Shown here piece after piece: positions 18,666 to 26,869 of a stretch of 64,000 nt of DNA. The notes beneath the pieces were generated by a model. It saw only the letters and a program-made list of their open reading frames with translations, searched no databases and was not told the DNA's origin. How positions within the stretch are numbered: the first letter of the stretch is position 1; the number at the start of each line of letters is the position of its first letter. The translations under genes were made by a program, and so were the position numbers. Source of the DNA: Candidatus Altiarchaeota archaeon (GTDB lineage: Archaea > Altiarchaeota > Altiarchaeia > IMC4 > SCGC-AAA252-I15); the NCBI GenBank assembly GCA_043800705.1, contig JAZDMS010000018.1, positions 1 to 64,000 of the forward strand, read 5' to 3'.

Positions 18666-19556
18666 GTGAAACTGCCCCCAGGCTTCGAGGCCTATCACAA
18701 GCGGCTTTACGGGGCGGATTACGGGAAGTTCATAAACTATTTCATGACGCATAAGGAACGGTTTTCCCTACGTGTCAATACACTCAAGACGGACATGCGG
18801 GAGCTCAAGAGGATACTCGCAGAGCACAGGATAACATACGGCCCCGTAAGCTGGTGCCCCGACGGGCTCTGGGTCGACTCAGGAAGCCTCGATTACATGG
18901 AGCACCAGATGGGCCTATACTATATTCAGTCCGCGTCGTCGATGATCGCGCCGCAGGTTTTGGGGCCGGGAAAACGGGTCCTCGACCTCTGCGCAGCCCC
19001 CGGAGGTAAAACGACTCACCTGGCCCAGCTCATGGGCAATAAGGGCCTAATCGTCGCCAACGACGACAGCCACGCGAGGATAAAGGGCCTCGTCTACAAC
19101 ATCCAGCGGTGCGGGCTCACAAACGCGGTCGTCACCCTATTGGACGGGTGCAGGTATGACCAATACGGGGAGCGCTTTGACAGAATACTCCTGGACGCCC
19201 CCTGCTCCAGCGTCGGGACCATGCGGCAGAACAGGGAAGTCCTCGCGGACTGGAGCCTCGAATGGGCCAGGCAGCTTTCGCAGGTGCAGAAGAAGATGAT
19301 ACTCTCCGCATACGACAGCCTCCTTGACAAAGGCAGGATCGTATACAGCACGTGCACGACGACCCTCGAGGAGAACGAGCATGTGATCGAACACCTGCTG
19401 AAAGAGCGGCCTGAGGCGAGGCTCAACAAGGTACGGCTGGACGGCATCAGGCTGAGGCGGGGCATGACCGAGGCCGCAGCGGACTGTGCAAGGGTCTTCC
19501 CCACGGATGACGACACCGAGCCGCACTTCATAGCGGAGGTGGTTAAGGGTGGATGA
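18666..19556 (+). CDS. RsmB/NOP2/NSUN RNA m5C methyltransferase
   Basis: LRVNTLK, DLCAAPGGKT, DAPCS, YSTCT, EENE. Confidence 0.92.
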   Translation: MKLPPGFEAYHKRLYGADYGKFINYFMTHKERFSLRVNTLKTDMRELKRILAEHRITYGPVSWCPDGLWVDSGSLDYMEHQMGLYYIQSASSMIAPQVLGPGKRVLDLCAAPGGKTTHLAQLMGNKGLIVANDDSHARIKGLVYNIQRCGLTNAVVTLLDGCRYDQYGERFDRILLDAPCSSVGTMRQNREVLADWSLEWARQLSQVQKKMILSAYDSLLDKGRIVYSTCTTTLEENEHVIEHLLKERPEARLNKVRLDGIRLRRGMTEAAADCARVFPTDDDTEPHFIAEVVKGG

Positions 19557-19941
19557 GGCGGAACTCCTGAAGAGGCTGAACGAGCGATACGGGTCATTAT
19601 ACTCCCCCCAAGGCAGGCTCATCCCCCGCAGGGAGAAGATCTTCCTCTACAGCGGCCCGGAAGTCGTCCTCAAATACGGCTGGTGCGGCCTGCACATAGC
19701 CAACATGGACCTGTCGCTGACGATAGAGGGCGCCCAGCTTTTAGGCGCTACGGCGTCGAAGAACCTCGTCGCCATAACGCCGGAGCAGGCTAAGGAATAC
19801 TACCTCGGAAGAGACCTGCCCGGATTCGAAGGCGACGGATACGTCATCCTGAGGACCGCCCACAGGATAGTCGGCCCAGGACTACTGGGCGGCGGGCTCA
19901 TTAAAAACACCCTCCCGGATTCAAGGAAGACGAAGTTATAA
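19549..19941 (+). CDS. NIP7/RsmF C-terminal PUA-like partner protein
   Basis: LTIEGAQLLG ... KNLVAI ... YYLGRDL; overlaps the m5C methyltransferase stop. Confidence 0.65.
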   Translation: MDEAELLKRLNERYGSLYSPQGRLIPRREKIFLYSGPEVVLKYGWCGLHIANMDLSLTIEGAQLLGATASKNLVAITPEQAKEYYLGRDLPGFEGDGYVILRTAHRIVGPGLLGGGLIKNTLPDSRKTKL

Positions 19942-19964
19942 CCCCTACCAACAATATCCTCACG

Positions 19965-20276
19965 ATGGCATTCATAGAAGTCCACATCACCTACCCCGAC
20001 ATGGGGTCTGCGAGGAAGGCGGCGGACGGCCTCTTGAAGAAGCGGCTCATAGCCTGCGCCAACCTCTATCCCGTGGAGAGCGCCTACTGGTGGAAGGGGA
20101 AGATCGAGGAATCGAAGGAAATCCTCGCAGTCGTCAAGACCCGCAAAGAGCTATGGACAAAGCTGAAGGCCGAAGTCGAGAGGACACACCCCTACGAGGT
20201 CCCCTGCATAATTGCGATTGAGGCCGAAGCCAACGACAAATACGAGGACTGGATAAACCATGAGACCAAAAACTAA
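19965..20276 (+). CDS. cutA: Divalent-cation tolerance protein CutA
   Basis: LIACANL, SAYWWKGKIE, HPYEVPCI. Confidence 0.93.
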   Translation: MAFIEVHITYPDMGSARKAADGLLKKRLIACANLYPVESAYWWKGKIEESKEILAVVKTRKELWTKLKAEVERTHPYEVPCIIAIEAEANDKYEDWINHETKN

Positions 20277-21429
20277 TCGTATTAGAAAAATTAACGGCTC
20301 CCTCAAACGAATATTCAGCCCGGAACTCAAATACGTCCTGGTCATTTTCCTCATCACCCGCGCGGCCATGACTCCGCTAATAGTCGAGTCAAGGGCGATA
20401 GGCTCGGAGACGTCCCGTTTTGTCTCGGTGGCCTACGTCAACTACGCCCCCAATTGGCTTGGGGCATGGGGGATGTGGGACAGCGCATGGTACCTTGACA
20501 TAGCAAAAAACTGGTACTCCCCGGAAATCAAAACCGACATATGGCACTACAATCAAGCCAACTACGGCTTCTTCCCCCTCTACCCCCTCCTGATGAGGCT
20601 GATCGGCCAGGCCATCGGCGACTATTTCATAGCAGGCCTCATAGTATCAAACGTTTCACTAATCATCGCATGCCTTTTCATGTTCAAGCTCGCAAGCCTC
20701 CAATATGACAAAGCCACGGCTTATCGCGCAATCAAATACATGTTCCTATTCCCCGCGGCGTTCATGTTCTCCGCAGTACTCACAGAAAGCCTCGCACTAG
20801 CCCTAATACTGGCATCATTCTACTTTGCCAAAAGCGGCGGATGGCTTAAGGCAGGCGTATCGGGATTTCTCCTGGCCCTGACTAAACCCTACGGGGCCCT
20901 GATACTAATCCCCCTATCATTCGAATACTACAAAACATACGGCCTCAAGGTCCGCCCCCAAGCCGCCTCCCTCCTGCTCGTCCCAGCGGGGCTTTTCCTT
21001 TTCATGTGCTTTACCCACATTTTGACCGGCGACTTCATGGCATATCCTCATATCAAGGAGTCGGGGTGGGGACACCACCTCTCGAACCCCGCAACCGTGC
21101 TGGTAGAGGCGATAACCTCCGGCAGGGCGTCATACGTCCTCAACGGCCTCTTCTCAGCCGCCATGATACTAATCCTCCTCCTGAATTATCGGAGGATGGA
21201 ATCCTCCTACCTGCTTTTCGGCCTCCTCTTCACGCTGGTTCCGCTGGCTAACGAGGGCCGAGGGATGCTCCAGTGCATGACAAGATATGCGCTCATCGTC
21301 TTCCCCCTCTACATAACCTTGGCATTGGATACTCGCAGACTGCTGACAGACTATTGTGTGACGGCGACTCTCATCCCGCTGCAACTGATCCTACTATACA
21401 TCTGGGCCAGCGGAACATATGCGATCTAG
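20260..21429 (+). CDS. GT-C mannosyltransferase, PIG-V-like membrane protein
   Basis: WDSAWYLDIA, FFPLYP, TESL, RY motif and multiple TM segments. Confidence 0.82.
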   Translation: MRPKTNRIRKINGSLKRIFSPELKYVLVIFLITRAAMTPLIVESRAIGSETSRFVSVAYVNYAPNWLGAWGMWDSAWYLDIAKNWYSPEIKTDIWHYNQANYGFFPLYPLLMRLIGQAIGDYFIAGLIVSNVSLIIACLFMFKLASLQYDKATAYRAIKYMFLFPAAFMFSAVLTESLALALILASFYFAKSGGWLKAGVSGFLLALTKPYGALILIPLSFEYYKTYGLKVRPQAASLLLVPAGLFLFMCFTHILTGDFMAYPHIKESGWGHHLSNPATVLVEAITSGRASYVLNGLFSAAMILILLLNYRRMESSYLLFGLLFTLVPLANEGRGMLQCMTRYALIVFPLYITLALDTRRLLTDYCVTATLIPLQLILLYIWASGTYAI

Positions 21430-21430
21430 C

Positions 21431-21529
21431 CTAGGCGCCAACGATATAGTCAATTGTCTTCAGGTATGCCTCCAGGTCGTCCATCGTGCGGTCCGCCATG
21501 TGCGCTACCCTGAACGCCTTTCCCTTCAG
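21431..21529 (-). pseudogene. Orphan alternative 3' end of the adjacent class V aminotransferase
   Basis: Translates LKGKAFRVAHMADRTMDDLEAYLKTIDYIVGA*; the gene itself ends LKGKAFRVAHMADRTMDDLEKYLQTIDEIVGY*. Confidence 0.9.
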
Positions 21530-21531
21530 CC

Positions 21532-21584
21532 CTTTTTTCTTTCTTCACAAGAAAGAAAAAAGCGCTGGCGGAAAAAAGAAAGAA
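21532..21584. repeat. Potential intrastrand triplex element (14-bp inverted repeat plus 14-nt homopurine mirror repeat)
   Basis: CTTTTTTCTTTCTT-CAC-AAGAAAGAAAAAAG-CGCTGGCG-GAAAAAAGAAAGAA. Confidence 0.8.
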
Positions 21585-21605
21585 CTGCGGGGTCTTCGAC
21601 CCCGC
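21571..21605 (-). terminator. GC hairpin followed by a U-rich tract, downstream of the aminotransferase
   Basis: Minus strand GCGGGGTC-GAA-GACCCCGC-AG-TTCTTTCTTTTTTC. Confidence 0.55.
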
Positions 21606-21613
21606 CTGCTTCT

Positions 21614-22675
21614 TCAGTATCCTACTATTTCGTCGATGGTTTGCAGATATTTCTCCAAGTCGTCCATCGTTCTGTCGGCCATGTGAGCGACGCGGAATGC
21701 CTTCCCTTTGAGGTCTCCGTATCCGTTGCTGAATTGGTATCCCTTCTCGCCTAATTTCTTGCTTAGGTCAGCGAGGTCGTAGTTCCTGCTGTTGTTGATT
21801 CCTGTGACGGTCTGGCTCATGCACCATTCCTCCGGGTACAGCTGCCAGTTCTTCCTCGCCCACTCCTGCGTGTACTTGGCCATCTTCGCATGCCGTTCGA
21901 CCCTGTTGTCGAGGCCTTCCTTCAGGATTTTCCCGCACTGGTAATCCAGGGCCCTGATCTGGGGGATCGGCGGCGTGCTCGGCGTCTGGTCCTTTTCCGC
22001 CTTCTTCAGGTAGTCCTGGTAGTCGAAGTACAGGCCCCTGTTCGGGGTGTTCCTGGACCTCTCCAATGCCTTCGCGCTGACTGCCGTCATCGCGAGGCCC
22101 GGGGCGACTCCGAAGCATTTCTGCGTCCCAGTGACCAGGACGTCTATTCCCAGCCTGTCGGTCTCTATCTTAGCCCCGCATGCGCTGGAGACCGCGTCGA
22201 CGCAGAACATTACTCCGTTGTCTGAGCAGAGTTTCCCGAATCCATCGAGAGGCGTCATCGCGCACGTCGAAGTCTCGTTGTGCGTCACAAAGAGCGTGTC
22301 GTATTCGCCGGACTTCAGCTTTTCCTCCACGTCCTTCGGCTTCGCGGCGCTGCCCCATTTGACGTCTAACTTGTCCGCCTTCTTCCCGCAGGCGACCGAC
22401 ATCTTGTGCCACCTGCCGGAGAACGCCCCGTTCACCACATGCAGGGCCTTCATGTTGACGCAGTTGAGGACTGCGGCCTCCATCCAGCCGCTCGAGGACA
22501 TGGGGCCGAGGAAGACCGTGTTGTCTGTCAGGAGGATCTTCCTCAGCTTCTCGACGCAGCCCTTGTGGAGCTCGCTGTATTCCTTTCCGCGGTGCCCTAT
22601 CATGGGCTCCGCCATCTTAGCCGCTACGTCCTCCGATACGTCTACCGGTCCTGGTATGAATAGTTTCTTTGCCAA
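21614..22675 (-). CDS. Class V PLP aminotransferase (serine/alanine-glyoxylate type)
   Basis: LFIPGP, MIGHR, THNETST, VDAVSS, GTQKCFG, FRVAHM. Confidence 0.92.
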   Translation of the reverse strand: MAKKLFIPGPVDVSEDVAAKMAEPMIGHRGKEYSELHKGCVEKLRKILLTDNTVFLGPMSSSGWMEAAVLNCVNMKALHVVNGAFSGRWHKMSVACGKKADKLDVKWGSAAKPKDVEEKLKSGEYDTLFVTHNETSTCAMTPLDGFGKLCSDNGVMFCVDAVSSACGAKIETDRLGIDVLVTGTQKCFGVAPGLAMTAVSAKALERSRNTPNRGLYFDYQDYLKKAEKDQTPSTPPIPQIRALDYQCGKILKEGLDNRVERHAKMAKYTQEWARKNWQLYPEEWCMSQTVTGINNSRNYDLADLSKKLGEKGYQFSNGYGDLKGKAFRVAHMADRTMDDLEKYLQTIDEIVGY

Positions 22676-22800
22676 AGTCTCACCTATGCAATGATGCTAT
22701 ACGAACGTAACTAATTCGCGTCACTGGATAATAAGCCAGCGGATGTCCGTATTATTTAAGGCGTTCGCAAAATTATACTTGCCGGTTTTCTCGCGTTTTC

Positions 22801-23301
22801 TCAGTTGAGGACGACTACCTTGTGCACTCCGCTGATCTTAAGTATTTTGTCGATGAGGTTCCTCGGAATCGGCTTGTCGGTTATGACCGTCAGCTCCGGG
22901 TTGTCGAACATCGGGTCGTCGGCGATGACCTGCCTTATCGCTATCCCGGCGGAGCTTATCGTGTTCGTCACCCCTGCGACGATGCCCTGGCTTGCGGCGT
23001 CCGTCGGGATTATCTCTATCGCGCCGTATCCGAGGGCGGGGGCGAGCTCCTTCAGGGACGGCGTGACAGAAAGCTTACTGAATATGGCCTTCAGCTTTTC
23101 GTCGCCGCTTATTGACTCTATCGTCGACTTCACGACGCGCCGGTCCACGTCCAAGACCCTTGCCACGCTGACCTGGCTCACCTCGACATCCCCCGCTAAA
23201 ATGAGGCCGTCGGGGGACACCCTGAGGCCGTGTTTCAGGAGGTATTCGGCGACCCTCCTCTGCCCCCCCTTGCCCGCGAAAGCGGCCTCAAGATTCAGCA
23301 T
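22801..23301 (-). CDS. ACT-domain amino-acid metabolism regulator (COG2150-like)
   Basis: VARVLDVDRRVVKSTI, GIVAGVT, IRQVIADDP, LTVITDKPIP. Confidence 0.85.
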   Translation of the reverse strand: MLNLEAAFAGKGGQRRVAEYLLKHGLRVSPDGLILAGDVEVSQVSVARVLDVDRRVVKSTIESISGDEKLKAIFSKLSVTPSLKELAPALGYGAIEIIPTDAASQGIVAGVTNTISSAGIAIRQVIADDPMFDNPELTVITDKPIPRNLIDKILKISGVHKVVVLN

Positions 23302-23470
23302 CGCATAATATTTCACTTGGTATATAAAAGAGCAATTATGTGGTTTTTTAGCCATCTGGTGCGGACGCATGAGCAAAGAAGAGAGGTCCGGGGGCAATAA
23401 CCATATGCATCTGCCCGGATACCTGCTTTATCGTTCGGTTTTATAGTCTCTTCCTCCTCATATCTATCTT

Positions 23471-24760
23471 ATGGTCTATTTCAGCGAGCTTCGCGGCCGT
23501 CCCGTCTTCGACGTAGACAAGGCGTTTTTGGGCTCGCTCGTGGACCTTGCCTTCGTGGACGGCGAACAGTATGCCGGCATCACGCACATTGTGTACAAGG
23601 GCGTCGACGGCTATAAGAGGAAGGTGGCGTTCGGCTTCGTCAAACAGCTGGCGGAGACCCCTAAGAAGGTCGCCGGCTCCGAGCTTGAGATGAACCTCAC
23701 CACCCGCGAAGAGGACATCACACAGTTTTTTCTGAAGCCGTCGGACCTCCTCGTGAGCGAGATACTGGACAAGCAGGTCGTCGACGTCAACGGCGCGAAG
23801 ATCGTCAGGGTCAACGACGTGCTCCTTGGGAAGGTCGGCGGCAAATTCTGCGTGGTGGCGGTCGCAGTCGGCAAACGCAGCCTCTTCCGGCGCCTCGGCC
23901 TCGGCCCCTTCATCGGCCGCAGGCTGTCGGAGCACGTCATCCCTTGGGAGAGCGTCGAGGCGCTTGAGCCCAAGCTCCACGGCCTCCACCTGAAGGTCCA
24001 GAAGGACAGGGTAGCTGACCTCCACCCGGAAGACATCGCCGACGTGATGGAGGACCTTTCGCACAACGAGCGGGCGCTGATCTTCAAGAGCCTCAACACG
24101 AAGAAGGCTGCGGAGGCCCTGATAGGCTCGGAGCCCGATGTGCAGGAGTCGGTCCTGAAGAACATGAAGATGGAGCGGATCAAGGACCTCCTGGAGGACA
24201 TACCAAGCGACCAGGCGGCGGATATCCTCAGCCTGATGGGGAAATCGAAGGCCGACAAGCTCCTTTCTTCGATGCGTCCGGACACTGCGGGGAGGATTCG
24301 GGGAATCCTCAACTACCCTCCGGAGTCGGCGGCGGCCATCATGGACACATCCTACATTGCGGTCACTGAAGACTGCACCGCGCAGGGGACGATCGACCTT
24401 TTGAGGAAGATATCGCCCCCGTCCGAGACCATCTACCACATCTATGTTGTTGACTTGGAGAATCACCCCGTCGGGGTGCTTTCCATCCGCAGGCTCATCA
24501 TCGCCCCTCCCCAGGTGAAGGTGTCGGAGATAATGAAGAAGGAGGTCATCCACGTCCGGCTGTCCACGACCAAGGAGGACGTTGCGAAGGCTATAGCGAA
24601 ATACGACCTGTTCGTGATCCCCGTGGTGGACGACGCCAACATACTGCGGGGGATCGTAAGGGCAGACGACGTCCTGACCGAGATCATGCCGAAGGAGTGG
24701 AAGAGGCACAGGTACATGCCCCACAAATTCAAGCTAAAGAAGAAGAATGGAGCCCAGTAA
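23471..24760 (+). CDS. PRC-barrel + MgtE N-terminal + CBS cytosolic protein (no MgtE transmembrane domain)
   Basis: ILDKQVVDVNGAKIVRVND, LHPEDIADVMEDL, IYHIYVVD, GIVRADDVL. Confidence 0.85.
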   Translation: MVYFSELRGRPVFDVDKAFLGSLVDLAFVDGEQYAGITHIVYKGVDGYKRKVAFGFVKQLAETPKKVAGSELEMNLTTREEDITQFFLKPSDLLVSEILDKQVVDVNGAKIVRVNDVLLGKVGGKFCVVAVAVGKRSLFRRLGLGPFIGRRLSEHVIPWESVEALEPKLHGLHLKVQKDRVADLHPEDIADVMEDLSHNERALIFKSLNTKKAAEALIGSEPDVQESVLKNMKMERIKDLLEDIPSDQAADILSLMGKSKADKLLSSMRPDTAGRIRGILNYPPESAAAIMDTSYIAVTEDCTAQGTIDLLRKISPPSETIYHIYVVDLENHPVGVLSIRRLIIAPPQVKVSEIMKKEVIHVRLSTTKEDVAKAIAKYDLFVIPVVDDANILRGIVRADDVLTEIMPKEWKRHRYMPHKFKLKKKNGAQ

Positions 24761-26003
24761 ATCCGTCTCCTGGCGCAGACACCTGGTCCTGATCATCGGC
24801 ATAATCGGGCCGGGCATAATCACGGCGTCCGTGGACAACGACGCCGGCGGCATAACGACGTATTCCGTCGCGGGCGCCAGGTTCGGATACGGCATGCTCT
24901 GGTCCCTCATACCCATCACGGTCCTCCTGATACTGGTGCAGGAGATGTGTTCCCGGATGGGGGTTGTCACCGGCAAGGGCCTTGCGGACCTGATACGCGA
25001 GCATTTCGGCATCAAGGTGACGATCTTCATCATGTTCTGCCTTCTGGTCTCTAACCTCTTCGTAACGGTCGCGGAATTCGCGGGGATCGCAGCCGCAGGC
25101 GGGCTTTTTCACATCGACAAATACGTCCTGGTCCCCCTATGCGCCGCATTCGTCCTGGTCGCGACCGTGAAGCTGAACTACAAGATGCTCGAGAAGTTCT
25201 TCCTCCTCCTGGCCTTCTTCTATCTGGCATACATCCTGTCCGGCTTCATGTCGAAGCCAGACTGGGGAGTTGTAGGAAGGGAGTTCATCATGCCTTCGGC
25301 CAGCATCACGACGGCATACATGGTCGTGCTGGTGGGGGTGATAGGGACGACGATCACCCCCTGGATGCAGTTCTATCTCCAGTCGTCGATCGTGGAGAAG
25401 GGCATACGGATCAGCGACTACAAGTATTCGAAGTGGGACGTAATCCTCGGATGCATCGTGACCGATATCGTGTCGTTCTTCATCATCGTCGCATGCGCGA
25501 CAGTCCTTTACGGAAACGGGATACAGATCGGCGCGGCGGAGGACGCAGCCCTGGCATTGGCTCCAGCCGCGGGGGAATATGCGTTCCTCCTTTTCGCGTT
25601 CGGCCTGTTCAGCGCGGCGCTCTTCGGCGCCTTCATCCTGCCCATCTCTACGGCATTCTACGTCTGCGAGGCGCTCGGATGGGAGTCGGGGGTGAACAAG
25701 AGGTTCCGGGAAGCCCGCGAATTCTACATAATGCTCATACTGATCACCGTCATCGGCGCAGCGGTGGTGCTGATACCCGACATACCCCTCATCGACCTGA
25801 TGCTGGTCTCCCAGGTTATAAACGGCGTCACCCTCCCCGTCGTCCTTCTGGCGCTGATCAGGCTCGTCAACAACAGGAAGCTCATGGGGGAACACGTCAA
25901 TGGCGGACTCACGAATGCCGTCGCATGGGCCGGGATAGCCCTCCTTATCATGACAGACCTTCTTATGCTGGCGACGGTCGTTTTCCCCTCATATTTTGCG
26001 TGA
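24747..26003 (+). CDS. NRAMP-related divalent metal (probably Mg2+) transporter
   Basis: GPGIITASVDNDAGGITTYS, QEMCSRMGVVTGKGL, GTTITPWMQFYLQS. Confidence 0.88.
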   Translation: MEPSKSVSWRRHLVLIIGIIGPGIITASVDNDAGGITTYSVAGARFGYGMLWSLIPITVLLILVQEMCSRMGVVTGKGLADLIREHFGIKVTIFIMFCLLVSNLFVTVAEFAGIAAAGGLFHIDKYVLVPLCAAFVLVATVKLNYKMLEKFFLLLAFFYLAYILSGFMSKPDWGVVGREFIMPSASITTAYMVVLVGVIGTTITPWMQFYLQSSIVEKGIRISDYKYSKWDVILGCIVTDIVSFFIIVACATVLYGNGIQIGAAEDAALALAPAAGEYAFLLFAFGLFSAALFGAFILPISTAFYVCEALGWESGVNKRFREAREFYIMLILITVIGAAVVLIPDIPLIDLMLVSQVINGVTLPVVLLALIRLVNNRKLMGEHVNGGLTNAVAWAGIALLIMTDLLMLATVVFPSYFA

Positions 26004-26012
26004 ATCGGCGGA

Positions 26013-26795
26013 CTAATGGCCTTGAGAGGTCGTGTTGCCTGCTGGTGTCGTTGTCGTCGTTGTAGTGTCTGCTGCCGTGGTCGTCGTGGTCGCGGCGACG
26101 GTCGTTGTCGTCGTGGTTTGGGCCAGCGTCGTGGTTGTTGTCGGCGCCAGGGTGGTTGTCGTCGTCTGGTTGGCTGCTATGGTCGTCGTCGTGACGTTGC
26201 CCAGGGTGGTTGTCGTCTTTTCAACCGGCCGGGTCGTTGTCGTATTGTCCTTCACGGATTGGGTCGTGGTCGTGGTCTCATGGGTTGTTGTAGTGGTGGA
26301 CGAGGTCGGCGCGGCTGCCGAACCGTTGGATTCACTAAGGGGCAGGCAGCCGCTGCTGCCGTCGCAGAATTCCCCCTCCAGGCACATCCTGATCAGTTCG
26401 ATCCTTACCTCGCCGGCCTTGCACTTCCCGTTCGCGCATGTCCTGGCCTGAGTGAAGTTGTAGAAGTTCCCGACCTTGCAGCCCTGGAATGTGGTGAGCT
26501 GGCAATCATCATCGGATGCGCACTCCGGCTTGAGGGTGGTCGACGTCGGGGGCATGGTCGTGGTCGTCGACGAACTCGTCGACGTCGTGGTCGTCGTCTG
26601 CATCAGCGTCGTCGGCGGGGTATTGTCGTGTCCCCCTATGTCGATGGCGTTTGAGACAAGCAGGTAGGTGACCGCAAGAAGCAGGACCCCCATGGTCAGG
26701 AAGATGAAGATCATCATGTTGTAGTACGGGGTGGAGACTCCGAAGAACGATCTAAGCTCCCTGGACCACCTTCTCGAACTACCCTTCAGACTCAA
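26013..26795 (-). CDS. Membrane-anchored Thr-rich surface protein with a Cys-rich domain
   Basis: TM helix, CASDDDC ... CANGKC ... CDGSSGC, repeated TTTTTL tracts. Confidence 0.75.
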   Translation of the reverse strand: MSLKGSSRRWSRELRSFFGVSTPYYNMMIFIFLTMGVLLLAVTYLLVSNAIDIGGHDNTPPTTLMQTTTTTSTSSSTTTTMPPTSTTLKPECASDDDCQLTTFQGCKVGNFYNFTQARTCANGKCKAGEVRIELIRMCLEGEFCDGSSGCLPLSESNGSAAAPTSSTTTTTHETTTTTQSVKDNTTTTRPVEKTTTTLGNVTTTTIAANQTTTTTLAPTTTTTLAQTTTTTTVAATTTTTAADTTTTTTTPAGNTTSQGH

Positions 26796-26869
26796 TCAAT
26801 GACCTCTTTTTCTCTTGGAATTAGTAAGAGGGCTTTCGATTTAATATCCGATTCCGGCGCATAACGGGC

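Noticed and set aside
21431-21712. Diversity-generating retroelement template/variable repeat pair
   Set aside because: Differences are mostly synonymous third-position changes of all base types rather than adenine-specific, and no reverse transcriptase is present
23369-23461. Mg2+ riboswitch upstream of the MgtE-like gene (nested pairings GAAGAGA/TCTCTTC and TCCGGG/CCCGGA)
   Set aside because: A TATA-like TTTTATAG about 25 nt before the ATG suggests a leaderless transcript that excludes the structure, and no M-box features were recognised
23441-24724. Long antisense or alternative-frame ORFs (also 1340-2341, 11538-12527, 37626-38750, 56763-58004 and others)
   Set aside because: Shadow ORFs of high-GC coding sequence opposite well-supported genes, with no motifs of their own
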